The position numbers were made by a program, and so were the translations under genes. Positions 20,463 through 31,301 of a DNA stretch of 64,000 bases are shown one piece after another (position 1 is the first letter of the stretch; each line of letters opens with the position of its first letter). Under the pieces are notes generated by a model that made no database searches, was not told the DNA's origin, and saw only the letters and a list, made by a program, of their open reading frames with translations. The stretch comes from Candidatus Poribacteria bacterium. Lineage in GTDB: Bacteria; Poribacteria; WGA-4E; PCPOR2b. Where the stretch lies: NCBI GenBank assembly GCA_965198175.1, contig OZ240245.1, positions 3,296,001-3,360,000 of the forward strand. Direction: 5' to 3'.

Positions 20463-21095
20463 ATGAATCTGGAGGCAATCGCCGCAGAAATGAGCGATGT
20501 TAGTGAAAAGTTAGTCGTAACAGGGATGGTCCATCTGCTGGGCGGCAATTTTAGCGTTCGTGAAGGCGAACAGATGGCCATCACCGGACACCGGTCGCCG
20601 AAGAGAGACCTAACAGGCAAAGATTTGTTCGTCGCGGACGTACACAGCGATGAACCGGTTGAAGGCGCCTCGGCAACGCTGGGTATGCACCGATCCATTT
20701 TCAGAAAGACGGACGCCGCCGCTATAATTCACGCGCACCCGTACTACGCTACCTTGCTTTCTTACTATACCGATGTAATCTGCCCGATTGATGAGAACAA
20801 CATCTATTATCTTGGCGAACGGGTATTTTGCGCCCAATCTGAAGGATATATGAAGTGGGCTTTGCTCGCGGACCAAATGGCTGAGCTACTGACCCGCAGT
20901 CCGGCGGCAGTCCTAAAATGGCACGGTAGTTTCGCGATTGGCGACTCCCTTGCGGAGGCGTTTAATCACACTCAGGCACTCGAACAAGCATCGCGGCTTA
21001 TATTGGATACACGTCGGCTCGAGCCTCACCTCGGTCGCCCCGTGTTACCCGATTACGCGAAGTATAATTCATTTGAAGAACAGGGAAATCTCTGA
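20463..21095 (+). CDS. Class II aldolase/adducin family protein
   Basis: GGNFSVR, IIHAHP, LKWHG zinc ligands; start at ATG 20463 after GGAGAGG. Confidence 0.88.
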   Translation: MNLEAIAAEMSDVSEKLVVTGMVHLLGGNFSVREGEQMAITGHRSPKRDLTGKDLFVADVHSDEPVEGASATLGMHRSIFRKTDAAAIIHAHPYYATLLSYYTDVICPIDENNIYYLGERVFCAQSEGYMKWALLADQMAELLTRSPAAVLKWHGSFAIGDSLAEAFNHTQALEQASRLILDTRRLEPHLGRPVLPDYAKYNSFEEQGNL

Positions 21096-21114
21096 TTGTA
21101 AAGATAGAGAGCCA

Positions 21115-22530
21115 ATGAGAACCGATCTCAACAAGTATTCCTCAACTCTAGTGTTGGACGTGGGCAAGACCAACGTCAAACTCTTGGTCATGAGCAAGAC
21201 CGGGCGTGTAGTTGACGTGGTAAGATTAGACAATCAATCTATCAACGGACCACCGTATCCCCATTTGGACACAGAACGAATTTGGCGGTGGCTGTTGGAA
21301 ATGGCAAGAGGGTTTGCCAATCAGTACGCGATTGATGCCATCGTTCCGACAACCCATGGCTCTGCGGCAGCCCTGGTACACGCCGACGAGTTGGTTCTAC
21401 CCATCCTTGACTATGAAACAGAAATACCGGAAGACACAGTGGAGGCATTTCGCGCGGTCATGCCCACGTTCGAAGAGACTCAATCGCCGGACCTGCCCGG
21501 CGGCTTGAGTCTTGGTCGGCAACTGTTTTGGCTGCAGCAAGATTTTGCGCGAGAATTTTCGCGTGCGCAGTGGGTGCTCACGTATCCTCAATACTGGGCG
21601 TGGCGCTTGTCCGGCGTTGCGGCAAGCGAAGTCACATCAATTAGTTGTCACAGCCATCTGTGGTATCCACAAAACCAATCGTTTTCCTCACTCGTGCAAG
21701 AACAGGGATGGCATAGTCTGTTCCCACCGATTCGGCCGGCGTATGCGGCGCTGGGACCTATTCTTTCTGAGATCGCGCAGATAACCGGGCTTTCACTGGA
21801 ATGCAAGGTCTACAACGGCATCCACGATGCCAATGCGGCTTACAGTCTCTTTCTGAGGGGATATACTAAGCGCTTCAGTCTTCTCTCTACGGGAACCTGG
21901 GTCGTCCTGATTAACCCACACCTTTCCATAACCAGACTGAATGAGCATCGGGACACCATGGCATTGGCGGATCTTAGAGGCAAACCACTTCCCATGGGTC
22001 GTTTCATGGGCGGCAGAGAGTTTGAGATTCTGAGCAAGGGCGTTGGCTCTACCAAAAAAGAATTTACCGAGTCAGATGTTAGAAACGTAATCGCCAAGCG
22101 CAGTTTTCTGTTACCGTCTTTCGCAACAGGCGGCCCATATATGGGACACCGCGGCTCAGCGATAGGACCACAGATCGATACTAGCGGTGAAATTCTTGCG
22201 CGTGCGACGCTGTATTTAGCCCTCATGACCATGACTAGCGCTCGTATTCTCGAAATGGACGGAGATTTGATAATTACGGGCGGGTTTGTCAATAACCCAT
22301 GGTACTGCCGATTGGTAGCAACGCTGATGGGGTGCCAGCGCTGCTTTGTCGATCATCAATCTGAAAGCACATCTCTTGGGGCAGGCATGATGCCCGTCTG
22401 GAACGCAAATGACATCCGATGGCCTCTCGATCTGGCTCCAGTTGAGAAATTCAATGATCCGGCACTCGCCGACTACACCGAGGAGTGGCAACGAATGACT
22501 GACTCACGAGTAGCAGATGGCACCGAATAG
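21115..22530 (+). CDS. FGGY family carbohydrate kinase
   Basis: LDVGKTNVK, GIHDANA, STGTW motifs. Confidence 0.85.
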   Translation: MRTDLNKYSSTLVLDVGKTNVKLLVMSKTGRVVDVVRLDNQSINGPPYPHLDTERIWRWLLEMARGFANQYAIDAIVPTTHGSAAALVHADELVLPILDYETEIPEDTVEAFRAVMPTFEETQSPDLPGGLSLGRQLFWLQQDFAREFSRAQWVLTYPQYWAWRLSGVAASEVTSISCHSHLWYPQNQSFSSLVQEQGWHSLFPPIRPAYAALGPILSEIAQITGLSLECKVYNGIHDANAAYSLFLRGYTKRFSLLSTGTWVVLINPHLSITRLNEHRDTMALADLRGKPLPMGRFMGGREFEILSKGVGSTKKEFTESDVRNVIAKRSFLLPSFATGGPYMGHRGSAIGPQIDTSGEILARATLYLALMTMTSARILEMDGDLIITGGFVNNPWYCRLVATLMGCQRCFVDHQSESTSLGAGMMPVWNANDIRWPLDLAPVEKFNDPALADYTEEWQRMTDSRVADGTE

Positions 22531-22681
22531 GACGGAGAGGCGAGGTTTGCTCCTAAGACTTCTGTCGTGATACGATGACCGTTCTAGGTTCGCCGTTATG
22601 ACCGATCTGTTTCAACGGCGACTGAGATTTGAAAACAACACGACACAAGAATTTCAGCAACTATAACTAGTGAGAGTGGAT

Positions 22682-23434
22682 ATGGGGTTACAAGAAGCCA
22701 TTGACCATTTGGACACCTACGGCTACTGTCTACTTGAAGATCTTATTTCCGTTGAACAAGCAGATCGCATGGCAGAGACGTATTTTAAGTTTCATGAGGA
22801 TCCTGCCAACCGGCGACTCCTTCAAGACCCTAACGCCGAATTATACCAAACGCTATTCAGTGTGATAAACTTGGATGAAATGTGTTGGGACTGCATCGTA
22901 CATCCACAGGTCCTCGCCGTAGTGCGTCACTTCCTAGGCGCAAAGGCACGCTCTTCGGGACAGGGAAGCACGAAATGGGTTAAGCCGGGCGCACCGATGG
23001 GCGGCTTGCATGTGGATTCTGCACATGATTTGCCGTCAAGATTACCTGATATTCCATGGATGATTAACACAATATGGATGATAACGGATTTCACGGAGAA
23101 CAATGGCGCAACAATCGTTGTGCCGTTTAGCCACAAGTCGAGGCGCAGACCGCCGCCTGGAATAAGTCCCTCGGACATCCGCTCGCTTTCTGTTACCGGT
23201 CGCCGCGGTTCGGTCGTGCTATGGCAGGGCGGAACATGGCACGCTAATGGCGCAAATACATCACATGACCAGCATCGAATGGGACTTAACTTCGCTTACT
23301 TTCCGCCGTGGTGGAATCAGGGACGGGAAGGTGCACATCCGGTTTCTCCCGAAGTGTTTGAGCGGATGCCTAAAACACTCCAAGATTTATGCCGCCACAG
23401 GATCGGTAAAGCACGGTCTGAGGTTCATGAATAA
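22682..23434 (+). CDS. Phytanoyl-CoA dioxygenase family (Fe/2-OG) protein
   Basis: LHVD (HxD), DFTENNGAT, WHANGAN...R. Confidence 0.88.
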   Translation: MGLQEAIDHLDTYGYCLLEDLISVEQADRMAETYFKFHEDPANRRLLQDPNAELYQTLFSVINLDEMCWDCIVHPQVLAVVRHFLGAKARSSGQGSTKWVKPGAPMGGLHVDSAHDLPSRLPDIPWMINTIWMITDFTENNGATIVVPFSHKSRRRPPPGISPSDIRSLSVTGRRGSVVLWQGGTWHANGANTSHDQHRMGLNFAYFPPWWNQGREGAHPVSPEVFERMPKTLQDLCRHRIGKARSEVHE

Positions 23435-23507
23435 GAGCTTGCTGGATTGTCGGCACTAAGAAATTGCCTGAAACATAGTTTCGAACCGCGTTATGTAAAT
23501 TCTCTCC

Positions 23508-23537
23508 TTGATCGCCCGTGCAATTCTATGCTATAAT
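23508..23537 (+). promoter_or_regulatory. Sigma70-type promoter
   Basis: TTGATC-18 bp-TATAAT with extended -10 (TGc). Confidence 0.55.
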
Positions 23538-23660
23538 ATAATCGCTAAGCACATTTCAAATAAGTTGCTTATCAAAAAAGAATCTCTTGATTTTTTTATC
23601 CAAGCAATTCAAACCTGCTTTCCAGCAGTCAACCGGACATGACATATGGAGGTCATAACT

Positions 23661-24437
23661 ATGAGAACCACAGTCAGGTATCTAATGTTGGTATCGATCG
23701 GTTTGATCCTCTTAGGATTGATATTCACTTCAGACAATTACGCCCAGATTAACCAAGATTCCCTTGCCGGTCTTTGGACCTTTGAGGAAGGAGAAGGCAA
23801 TAAAACAAAGGATTTCTCAGGCAACGGTAATGATGGGGAGCTCTTGGGCGACCCTGCGTGGGTCGAAGGGAAGTTCGGGAACGCCGTACAGTTTGATGGT
23901 TCAAATAGTGTTGATTGCGGCGATTCTCGCTCGTTAGATATTGATGGCGAAGCGTTAACACTATTGGCATGGGTAAAGCCAACCACAACACAGGGATTGG
24001 ATGGAATAATTGAAAAAGAGTGCGGCGCTAATGCCGGTTACAATCTCTATTTGGATGGCGGCAAAATCCATTTCAGGATGTTTGCCAGCGGGAATGTCGC
24101 TGTAGATGCTGTCGATAAGGTTCCCAACAATTCATGGTCACATATCGCCGCGGTCTATGACGGTTCCAAGATGAAGGTTTACGTCGATGGCGAATTTAAC
24201 GCCGAAAGAGATCAAAGCGGTAACATAACGACAAATGATATCAAGTTAGCTATTGGTGCAAGCAGCGAGTGCGGCAGGGGATACGATGGCGCCGTGGACG
24301 AAGTCGCTGTATTGAACATTGCCTTGACCGAAGATGAGATAAGCGATGTTATGAAGAAGGGGTTTCAAGGCATAAACGCTGTTTCGCCCAATGAAAAAAT
24401 CACAACTACTTGGGGACGACTAAAGGACGATGCCTAG
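23661..24437 (+). CDS. Secreted LamG-like protein
   Basis: Signal peptide; GLWTFEEG, LTLLAWV, WSHIAAVYDG, GAVDEVAV; tail AVSPNEKITTTWGRLK. Confidence 0.87.
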   Translation: MRTTVRYLMLVSIGLILLGLIFTSDNYAQINQDSLAGLWTFEEGEGNKTKDFSGNGNDGELLGDPAWVEGKFGNAVQFDGSNSVDCGDSRSLDIDGEALTLLAWVKPTTTQGLDGIIEKECGANAGYNLYLDGGKIHFRMFASGNVAVDAVDKVPNNSWSHIAAVYDGSKMKVYVDGEFNAERDQSGNITTNDIKLAIGASSECGRGYDGAVDEVAVLNIALTEDEISDVMKKGFQGINAVSPNEKITTTWGRLKDDA

Positions 24438-24706
24438 AGCGGTCAAAGCGATCTTTGAATAACTCAGAGGCGCTATCCAATCGCTAGGAGGTGTTAATTC
24501 AAACCGCGATTTTGCGCGTCAGATTTCAGGGTTATCGCCGCATACACGTCCCCAGATATCCTCGACCTGATACTATCAGATGTTCGCTGTTCCAATTGAG
24601 ACAACTATCCTGTTTGGAACAGCGAACACGTATGTTTAGCTGCAAAACCTGCCTGTAAATGAGACGGTCCCACGATTGAAGTTCTATATTAAGAAATAGA
24701 GAAACA

Positions 24707-25492
24707 ATGCTCACGGAACAGCAAATCACCGACTTTCACATCTTTGGGTTCTTGATCATCCGTAAATTGTTTAGTCCAGATGAACTCCAGACCATTAACG
24801 CTGAGTTCGACTTGGCGATGGACACTTCCTACCGCCATGCCCCGTTTGATGGTACACGCCGTCATTGGGTTACCATGGTGGGACCGCAGACGCCGTTTTT
24901 TGCTTCGTTGCTTGAAGACCCTCGATTTTGTACTGTAGCAGAGCAGCTTTACGGTGAAGACATCATCGGCGCAGTTAGCGATGCTAATCGTTACGTTAGG
25001 GAATCAAATTGGCATCGTGATACTGGGAATAGGCATCAATACGGCGTGAAATTCGCTTATTACTTGCAACCGGTGGGAGCGGAAAGCGGCGCCCTACGCG
25101 TAATTCCGGGGTCGCATAAGCATCCGATTAGCGACGACCTAGCGCAATATTTTAGCCAATCTGAGTTAGGCATCCAAGACGTTCCCGCCTACGTGTGCGA
25201 ATCGGAACCGGGCGATGTGGTTGCCTTCGACCTCCGCTGTTATCATGCGAGTTGGGGCGGTTCCAAGGACCGGCGGATGTGCACGGTGGTTTATTATAAC
25301 AACCCGAAGTCTCACGACGAGGAGGAAGCAACCCGAGTGCAAGTCGCGGGCTTTGCTACGTCAGGAACCCCGTCAGGTTTCAATCGTCCGAACGATCCAT
25401 TCTATGACCCGAGCTGGATTGCGAATTCTGAGCGGAGTGTGAAACGCCAACGGTGGCTTGATCGAATGCGAGAGCTGGGATGCGCCATTTGA
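24707..25492 (+). CDS. Phytanoyl-CoA dioxygenase family protein
   Basis: MLTEQQ..F..FGF start, WHRD, GALRVIPGSH, PGDVVAFD..YHA. Confidence 0.88.
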   Translation: MLTEQQITDFHIFGFLIIRKLFSPDELQTINAEFDLAMDTSYRHAPFDGTRRHWVTMVGPQTPFFASLLEDPRFCTVAEQLYGEDIIGAVSDANRYVRESNWHRDTGNRHQYGVKFAYYLQPVGAESGALRVIPGSHKHPISDDLAQYFSQSELGIQDVPAYVCESEPGDVVAFDLRCYHASWGGSKDRRMCTVVYYNNPKSHDEEEATRVQVAGFATSGTPSGFNRPNDPFYDPSWIANSERSVKRQRWLDRMRELGCAI

Positions 25493-25565
25493 AAAGTGCA
25501 CCTATCTTACAAGCCAATTTTTCTTACGTAAGTCCCCAATTATTACGTCCGAGTCTGAAGATAGC

Positions 25566-26330
25566 TTACGCAGCGTCATAGCACGCCTCTTTCAAAAAAG
25601 CTAACATTCGTAACCGCTTTGGCGTTGCATCGTCAAACAGTTCGCGGGTATAGTAGGTCCATCCGTGCGATGCGTCATGGTGGTAGAGCCATTTAATATA
25701 CTTTTCCTCTTCCTGGGTCTGCGGCTTCTGGACATAGTTAATGTAAATGCCTTTGCGAGGCATTTCGCTAAACGCGGCGTGATAGCACTTTACGTTAAAG
25801 ACAACAGCGTCCCCTGGATCAGACTCAATTGGATAGGTGCCCGGTACTTCCGTTCCTAACGGCAAGACAGACTCGCCATACTTCTGCATCCGTTCTCGAT
25901 ACGGCAAAAATTGACTGCCCGGCAGCACGCATAGACACCCGGTATTCGTCCAAACAGAATTGAGAAAAAGGACGACTTTGAGATGAGTCTGCCCTTCAGG
26001 TGCCACGGAATCGTGGTGCCAATTCGTCCCACCAAAGTGGTGAATCCCTTCTGAGACCGTAAACACGAAGTCCTTCCCAAGCAAATCCTCGACAACTTCG
26101 TTGATCAGGTCGTGATCGAGGAGACGGTGGTACACGGCTGGATTGTGTCGATAGAACGGCACGACCTGCTGGCGCCGTGGCGCATTTGACCACGGTACAC
26201 CACCGTTAGCGGCGCTCATCGTCTCATCGAACGCATTGATGTAAGTCTGCATTTCCTCGGGAGGGATAAGATTTTTCAAACAGAGGAATCCGAGAGTTTC
26301 AAATTGATGCTCTTGCGCATCAGTAAGCAT
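25566..26330 (-). CDS. Phytanoyl-CoA dioxygenase family protein
   Basis: WHHD, GCLCVLPGS, PGDAVVFN..YHA. Confidence 0.85.
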   Translation of the reverse strand: MLTDAQEHQFETLGFLCLKNLIPPEEMQTYINAFDETMSAANGGVPWSNAPRRQQVVPFYRHNPAVYHRLLDHDLINEVVEDLLGKDFVFTVSEGIHHFGGTNWHHDSVAPEGQTHLKVVLFLNSVWTNTGCLCVLPGSQFLPYRERMQKYGESVLPLGTEVPGTYPIESDPGDAVVFNVKCYHAAFSEMPRKGIYINYVQKPQTQEEEKYIKWLYHHDASHGWTYYTRELFDDATPKRLRMLAFLKEACYDAA

Positions 26331-26402
26331 ACTGTGCCTCCTGTGAAAGCATTATAGGCAACGTATGGTGAACCTCAGACCAGTGCACCTTACAGTCTCC
26401 TA

Positions 26403-27374
26403 TCAGATATCAATCCGATAAAGCAGTTCGAGTCCTTGGGCGACACGGTCGACATTCTCGGCAGCACACTCTGCGCGTCTGACCGAAGTTTCGTACGTGA
26501 CGCCTGCGATATGCGGCGTAACGACAACGTTGGGAAGCTGGAACACCGGCAAACTAGGATCTGACGGCTCCAGAGCGAAGACATCCAGACCAGCGCCGCC
26601 GAGCTTGCCATCGGACAGCGCGTGATACAGCGCCGACTCGTCTACAAGTGCCCCACGAGCTACGTTGATGAGACACCCAGACGATTTCATCAATGCGATG
26701 CGGCGAGCATCAATAATGTGGCGTGTTGCCGCGTTCAGGTGAAGATGGAGCGAAAGAAAATCGCTCTCAGCCACCACATGGTCCAAACTAGCAGGGGTTC
26801 CTATCAAGTCAGGCTTAATCTCCTGGATTATCTCTGGTTCAATGGATCGGACATCGATTGCCAAGATGCGCATCCCAAAAGGCTTTGCACGTCGCGCCAA
26901 TTCCTGTCCACTGGCGCCAAAACCGATAATTCCTAAATTCAACCCGTCGAGCTCCCGTCCTACGGCTTCGTTAAAGACCCCAGACTTAAAATTTGCAGCC
27001 GCTTGACGGTATTGATGAGCGAGCATCAAGATAAACATAAACGCAGTTTCAGCCAGTGCTACGCTGCTAAACTGACCCGGGCAATTGGCAACCGCAATAT
27101 CTTTGCTGCGGATGTAATCCAGATCGAAATGGTCAAATCCCGTTCCCAGGATTTGCCACAAGCGGGCGTCCTTAGCAGCATCCATCATCTCGCGCGTGCC
27201 TACGCTACCTCCTTGATCGATGACCGCCTCAACACCATCGAATTGAGGGGAGATGGGATGGGAATCGTCAAAAACGCATAGGGCGTGACGGTCGCCTATT
27301 GCTTCGATAACATCATCGCACCAAGGCTGAAAAAGACGCTTTAGGGGAAGCAGCATTACCTTTAGACGCGACAT
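26403..27374 (-). CDS. D-isomer-specific 2-hydroxyacid dehydrogenase
   Basis: GIIGFGASG, LINVARG, GAGLDVF, TPHIAG. Confidence 0.92.
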   Translation of the reverse strand: MSRLKVMLLPLKRLFQPWCDDVIEAIGDRHALCVFDDSHPISPQFDGVEAVIDQGGSVGTREMMDAAKDARLWQILGTGFDHFDLDYIRSKDIAVANCPGQFSSVALAETAFMFILMLAHQYRQAAANFKSGVFNEAVGRELDGLNLGIIGFGASGQELARRAKPFGMRILAIDVRSIEPEIIQEIKPDLIGTPASLDHVVAESDFLSLHLHLNAATRHIIDARRIALMKSSGCLINVARGALVDESALYHALSDGKLGGAGLDVFALEPSDPSLPVFQLPNVVVTPHIAGVTYETSVRRAECAAENVDRVAQGLELLYRIDI

Positions 27375-27750
27375 CAATAAGGGTCACCTTCCTATTTGGA
27401 TAATGTCTACAGCGGGTCGCTTATCGCTAAAATTTCTAACTTATGTTCCGTAGCTAAAGCCTACCATTTTATTCTACCAGATGAAGGATGGATTCTCAAG
27501 AAAAATGCGGTGACAACTTAATTCTTATATTTCCATTGAACTGAGCTTATATCATCCAGATTAAGGTGAGCTCCTTCATCGCTGATGCTTACTGTGTCCT
27601 ACCCAAACTGACCACTGCACAGGCAACTATCAGGGGATTGTCAACTCATAAAGCGGAGAAAGACTTCTGTCGCAATACCTGAAAATGATACAAGGCTATT
27701 CGTCATTGCCACTTCCGCATATTGACGAGAACATCGAGCCGCTTTTTGTG

Positions 27751-27779
27751 TTGACTGAGCAAACCGACAGCAGTATTAT
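27751..27779 (+). promoter_or_regulatory. Sigma70-type promoter
   Basis: TTGACT-17 bp-TATTAT. Confidence 0.45.
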
Positions 27780-27928
27780 ACGCTTGAAGCAAATTACTCA
27801 CTAGGAGCCTAGCCTATTTCATCAGGGGCATGGAGTCTCTGTACTAATTGTAGGGTTGAAGGAGAATATCACTCGCCTCCCCAGAATTGGGGGCTCTGGC
27901 AATCCATCAAAATCAAGAACAAGACCTA

Positions 27929-29818
27929 ATGAAATCTGAGAAATCCGACATTACCTTCAAATCTATCATCATCGGACTGATTCTCGTTGGAATCAACGCC
28001 TACTGGATAAGCATCGCCAGCCAGCTCTGGGGTTCACACCCGAACTTAATGACACCCTTCGCTAACGTCGTTTTCAGCCTCGTCCCCTTTATTTTACTCA
28101 ACTTTTTGTTTTCCAGAGTCGCCCGAATAACCCTGTTTTCCCGCGCGGAACTATTGGTGATGTATATTATGGCAACCATGGTGACCACGGTATCGGGGCA
28201 CGCATTCATTGAGGTCCTAATATCGGCAATGGGTCATCCCTTTTGGTTTGCTTCCCCTGAAAACGAGTGGGAACAACTCTTCTGGCGGTTTATTCCATCG
28301 TGGTTTACAGTGAACGACCTTTCCGTTGTCAGAGGATACATTGAGGGCGAATCGTCTGTTTTCATTGGTGAACATCTCCGGGCGTGGCTTCTTCCCGTCA
28401 GTGCATGGTCGATGTTTATCTTTGTTCTACTGCTTGCCCTGCTGTGCATGAACATCATCCTGCGAAAGCAATGGACAGAGCGGGAAAAACTCAGCTATCC
28501 ATTGATTGAATTGCCGTTGGCAATCACCCAAGACAATTTTCGATTTTTCCGTGCAAAGATAATGTGGATTGGGTTCAGCATCGCGGCGGGAATTCGTACG
28601 ATCAACGGACTTCACGGTCTGTATCCCATTATCCCTAGCATACCAACAGGCTACTCAATCGGAGGGTTTTCCATGGAACCTTGGAGTGCCGTTGGGTACA
28701 CGTCCTTTTCCTTTAATTTGTCAATGCTAGGCCTAACCTACTTCATGCCGCTTGACCTGCTGTTTTCCTGTTGGTTCTTTTATTGGCTTGGCAAAGCAGA
28801 ACACGTCGTCGCGGGAATTTATGGATGGCGCGAACTTCATCTCAACGAGCGTTCTGCGGGGAGTTGGGTTGGCATGGGTCTAATTGCCATTTGGATTGGG
28901 CGCCGGTATCTCATTGCAGTCGCCAAACAAACCATCGGGAAGGATTCTCAATTGGATGAATCGCGGGAACCGATGCGCTATCGCACTGCTGTAATCCTTT
29001 TACTATTGAGTTTCGTGTTTCTATTCCTATTCTGCTATCAAGCCGGCATGTCACCGTGGGCAATCGTCGTGTTTTACTTTTTATTTTTCGCAATGGGGTT
29101 AGGGCTGACGCGCGTCAGAGCGGAGTTAGGGCCGCCATACCATGAGGTGGTCTTTGTCAATCCACGGCAGGTGATGACTGAAGTATTCGGTTCAAAGCGC
29201 CTGGGCGGGCCCAACCTGGTAGTTCTCACATTTCTTTACGCCTTCAATCGATGTAACCGCTCTCACCCGATGCCGAATCAACTAGAATCGCTGAAAATTG
29301 GCGAACAATCGGGCATGAATCCCTCTAAATTGGTTCTTGCAATGATTCTGGCAATAGGCGTCGGCACTGTGGCGACATTTGTGGCTTACTACCAAATTGG
29401 ATACAAACATGGATTATCTGGCAGGGGGTATCTCGACTATTTGGGATGGGAATGTTTCAACCCGCTTCAATCGCGGCTGCAATTTCCTAGCGTTACGAAC
29501 TGGACAAGCGTGGGGTTTATGACCGGTGGATTTGGCTTTGTGTTGTTACTGATGGCTATGCGTCGAGCATTTTTTTGGTGGCCCTTCCATCCGGCGGGTT
29601 ACGTTCTACTTGGCGGCGCATGGGGCGGTATGATTTACTTTTGGTTTCCGCTCTTTGTCAGTTGGTCAGTAAAGGCGCTGGTACTGAGATATGGTGGGGT
29701 AGGCGCTTACCGGAAAGCAGCGCCACTGTTTTTGGGGTTGGTGTTCGGCGACAAGGTGTTATGGGGTGTGTGGAGCATTGTCAGCTTTGTCTTGAATATG
29801 AAAATATCCATGGTGTAA
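27929..29818 (+). CDS. Large polytopic membrane protein, probable transporter (DUF6785-like)
   Basis: Many hydrophobic helices; RKQW..REKLSYP, RVRAELG, WWPFHPAGY, LRYGG motifs. Confidence 0.7.
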   Translation: MKSEKSDITFKSIIIGLILVGINAYWISIASQLWGSHPNLMTPFANVVFSLVPFILLNFLFSRVARITLFSRAELLVMYIMATMVTTVSGHAFIEVLISAMGHPFWFASPENEWEQLFWRFIPSWFTVNDLSVVRGYIEGESSVFIGEHLRAWLLPVSAWSMFIFVLLLALLCMNIILRKQWTEREKLSYPLIELPLAITQDNFRFFRAKIMWIGFSIAAGIRTINGLHGLYPIIPSIPTGYSIGGFSMEPWSAVGYTSFSFNLSMLGLTYFMPLDLLFSCWFFYWLGKAEHVVAGIYGWRELHLNERSAGSWVGMGLIAIWIGRRYLIAVAKQTIGKDSQLDESREPMRYRTAVILLLLSFVFLFLFCYQAGMSPWAIVVFYFLFFAMGLGLTRVRAELGPPYHEVVFVNPRQVMTEVFGSKRLGGPNLVVLTFLYAFNRCNRSHPMPNQLESLKIGEQSGMNPSKLVLAMILAIGVGTVATFVAYYQIGYKHGLSGRGYLDYLGWECFNPLQSRLQFPSVTNWTSVGFMTGGFGFVLLLMAMRRAFFWWPFHPAGYVLLGGAWGGMIYFWFPLFVSWSVKALVLRYGGVGAYRKAAPLFLGLVFGDKVLWGVWSIVSFVLNMKISMV

Positions 29819-29854
29819 CAGTATGCAACGAATCCTTAAGGGAGTACGCCAGTC

Positions 29855-31252
29855 TTACAACAACCGCTGTATTCGCTGTTCCCACTCATCGCAAGTTGCA
29901 TAGGTGCGTTGTACAGATGCCCCGATATACGCTGTTGAATCTCGGAGGATTTCCTGCTGCTTTTCGGTCAGTTTTTCAAGGAAAGGGTGCAGCTCTTCGT
30001 CAGCCCACAGAAGATCGTTTAAGGGTCGTCCTGTTCGATGGACTTCAGCCACTAGTTTTCGGGTGTGATTGTAAGCTTCGGGGAATCCGTAATATGCCAT
30101 CAAGAGATAAATCGGTTCAGCGATGGTATCGCCAGCACTCATCGCCAGATTGCGCCGCATGTTATCCACCTTCACGTCCATTTCGTCCAACGCCCTCTGC
30201 AACCGATAAATTGTGTAGTCGAATGCCGTGAATGACTCCATCAAGAAGCGACTCGACGCAGAGTTAGTCAAATCTCTTTGGTGTTCCAGGATACCATCCA
30301 TAAACACTGTTGTCATGCGCGGCATGAAGGCTTTCCAAAGACTCTTGATTGTTTCAAAATCTTCCGGGTTGAGCTTGTGCGGCATTGTCGAAGAACCGAC
30401 CAATTGGGTGTCGTATTTCTTGCTAATCTCAGCAATCTCCGTGCGATAGAGATGGCGCATGTCATCTGCAAAATTTGCAAGGATTGTGTAGGTGGACATT
30501 ACTGCATAAGCCAAGTCTGCCAGAAACTCAGGCTCTATGCATTGGGTCGAAGTATGGGTATCGGAGGCTCTTAATCCGAGTTGTGCGAGCAAATCTGCTT
30601 CGATTTGCTCCGGCTGCTCTGCAATCATCGAAAGTCCGTTAAAGGCGCCGACTGCACCTGAGAACTGTCCGCGGAGGTTCCGGCTTGTCTGATCTATCAA
30701 TTCGATTCGATTCCCGATTCGACTGACATAGAGTGAAAGCGCATAACCGAAAGTGATGGGTTCTGCGTGTTGGCCATGCGTTCGCCCGATCTGCACCGTC
30801 TCTGCATGTTCACGCGCCAACTGAATCAGCTGGGTTTCAAGCGCGATGAGATCGGGGAGTATTACCTTCCGCGTTAAATCCTTGTAACGCAACGCTGTTG
30901 CGGTATCGAGAATATCTGCCGAAGTCGCGAAAAGATGCACATACGGACGCGCTTCGGGACTAACTTTTCGTTGGATGACGTTGACGAGTGATCGGATGTT
31001 ATGGCGAATCCGCGCTTGTTCTTCGTAGACCTCCGTTGCAGTGACTTCGGAGGTTGCCCGCTCGACGTCATCCGCGATTTCGTGAGAGCAGACCCCATGC
31101 ATAGCAAGCGTTCGCACCAACGCAGCTTCGACTTTCGATTGGTATTTGACGTAGCCTGCTTCAGAGACGTATGGAAGCAACCTCTTCATAAAGGCTTCGC
31201 TGCCGCCGTAGTATCTGAAGTCAAGCGGGCTAACTGCTTCGTAAAGTTCCAT
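29855..31252 (-). CDS. purB: Adenylosuccinate lyase
   Basis: SPLDFRY, ATSADILDTA, GRTHGQHAEP, GSSTMPHKLNP, HQRDLTNSA. Confidence 0.9.
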   Translation of the reverse strand: MELYEAVSPLDFRYYGGSEAFMKRLLPYVSEAGYVKYQSKVEAALVRTLAMHGVCSHEIADDVERATSEVTATEVYEEQARIRHNIRSLVNVIQRKVSPEARPYVHLFATSADILDTATALRYKDLTRKVILPDLIALETQLIQLAREHAETVQIGRTHGQHAEPITFGYALSLYVSRIGNRIELIDQTSRNLRGQFSGAVGAFNGLSMIAEQPEQIEADLLAQLGLRASDTHTSTQCIEPEFLADLAYAVMSTYTILANFADDMRHLYRTEIAEISKKYDTQLVGSSTMPHKLNPEDFETIKSLWKAFMPRMTTVFMDGILEHQRDLTNSASSRFLMESFTAFDYTIYRLQRALDEMDVKVDNMRRNLAMSAGDTIAEPIYLLMAYYGFPEAYNHTRKLVAEVHRTGRPLNDLLWADEELHPFLEKLTEKQQEILRDSTAYIGASVQRTYATCDEWEQRIQRLL

Positions 31253-31301
31253 AGTTTGTGTTCTCCTGATGAAAAGTCTCTTTGCGACTGTACACTGCTT
31301 C

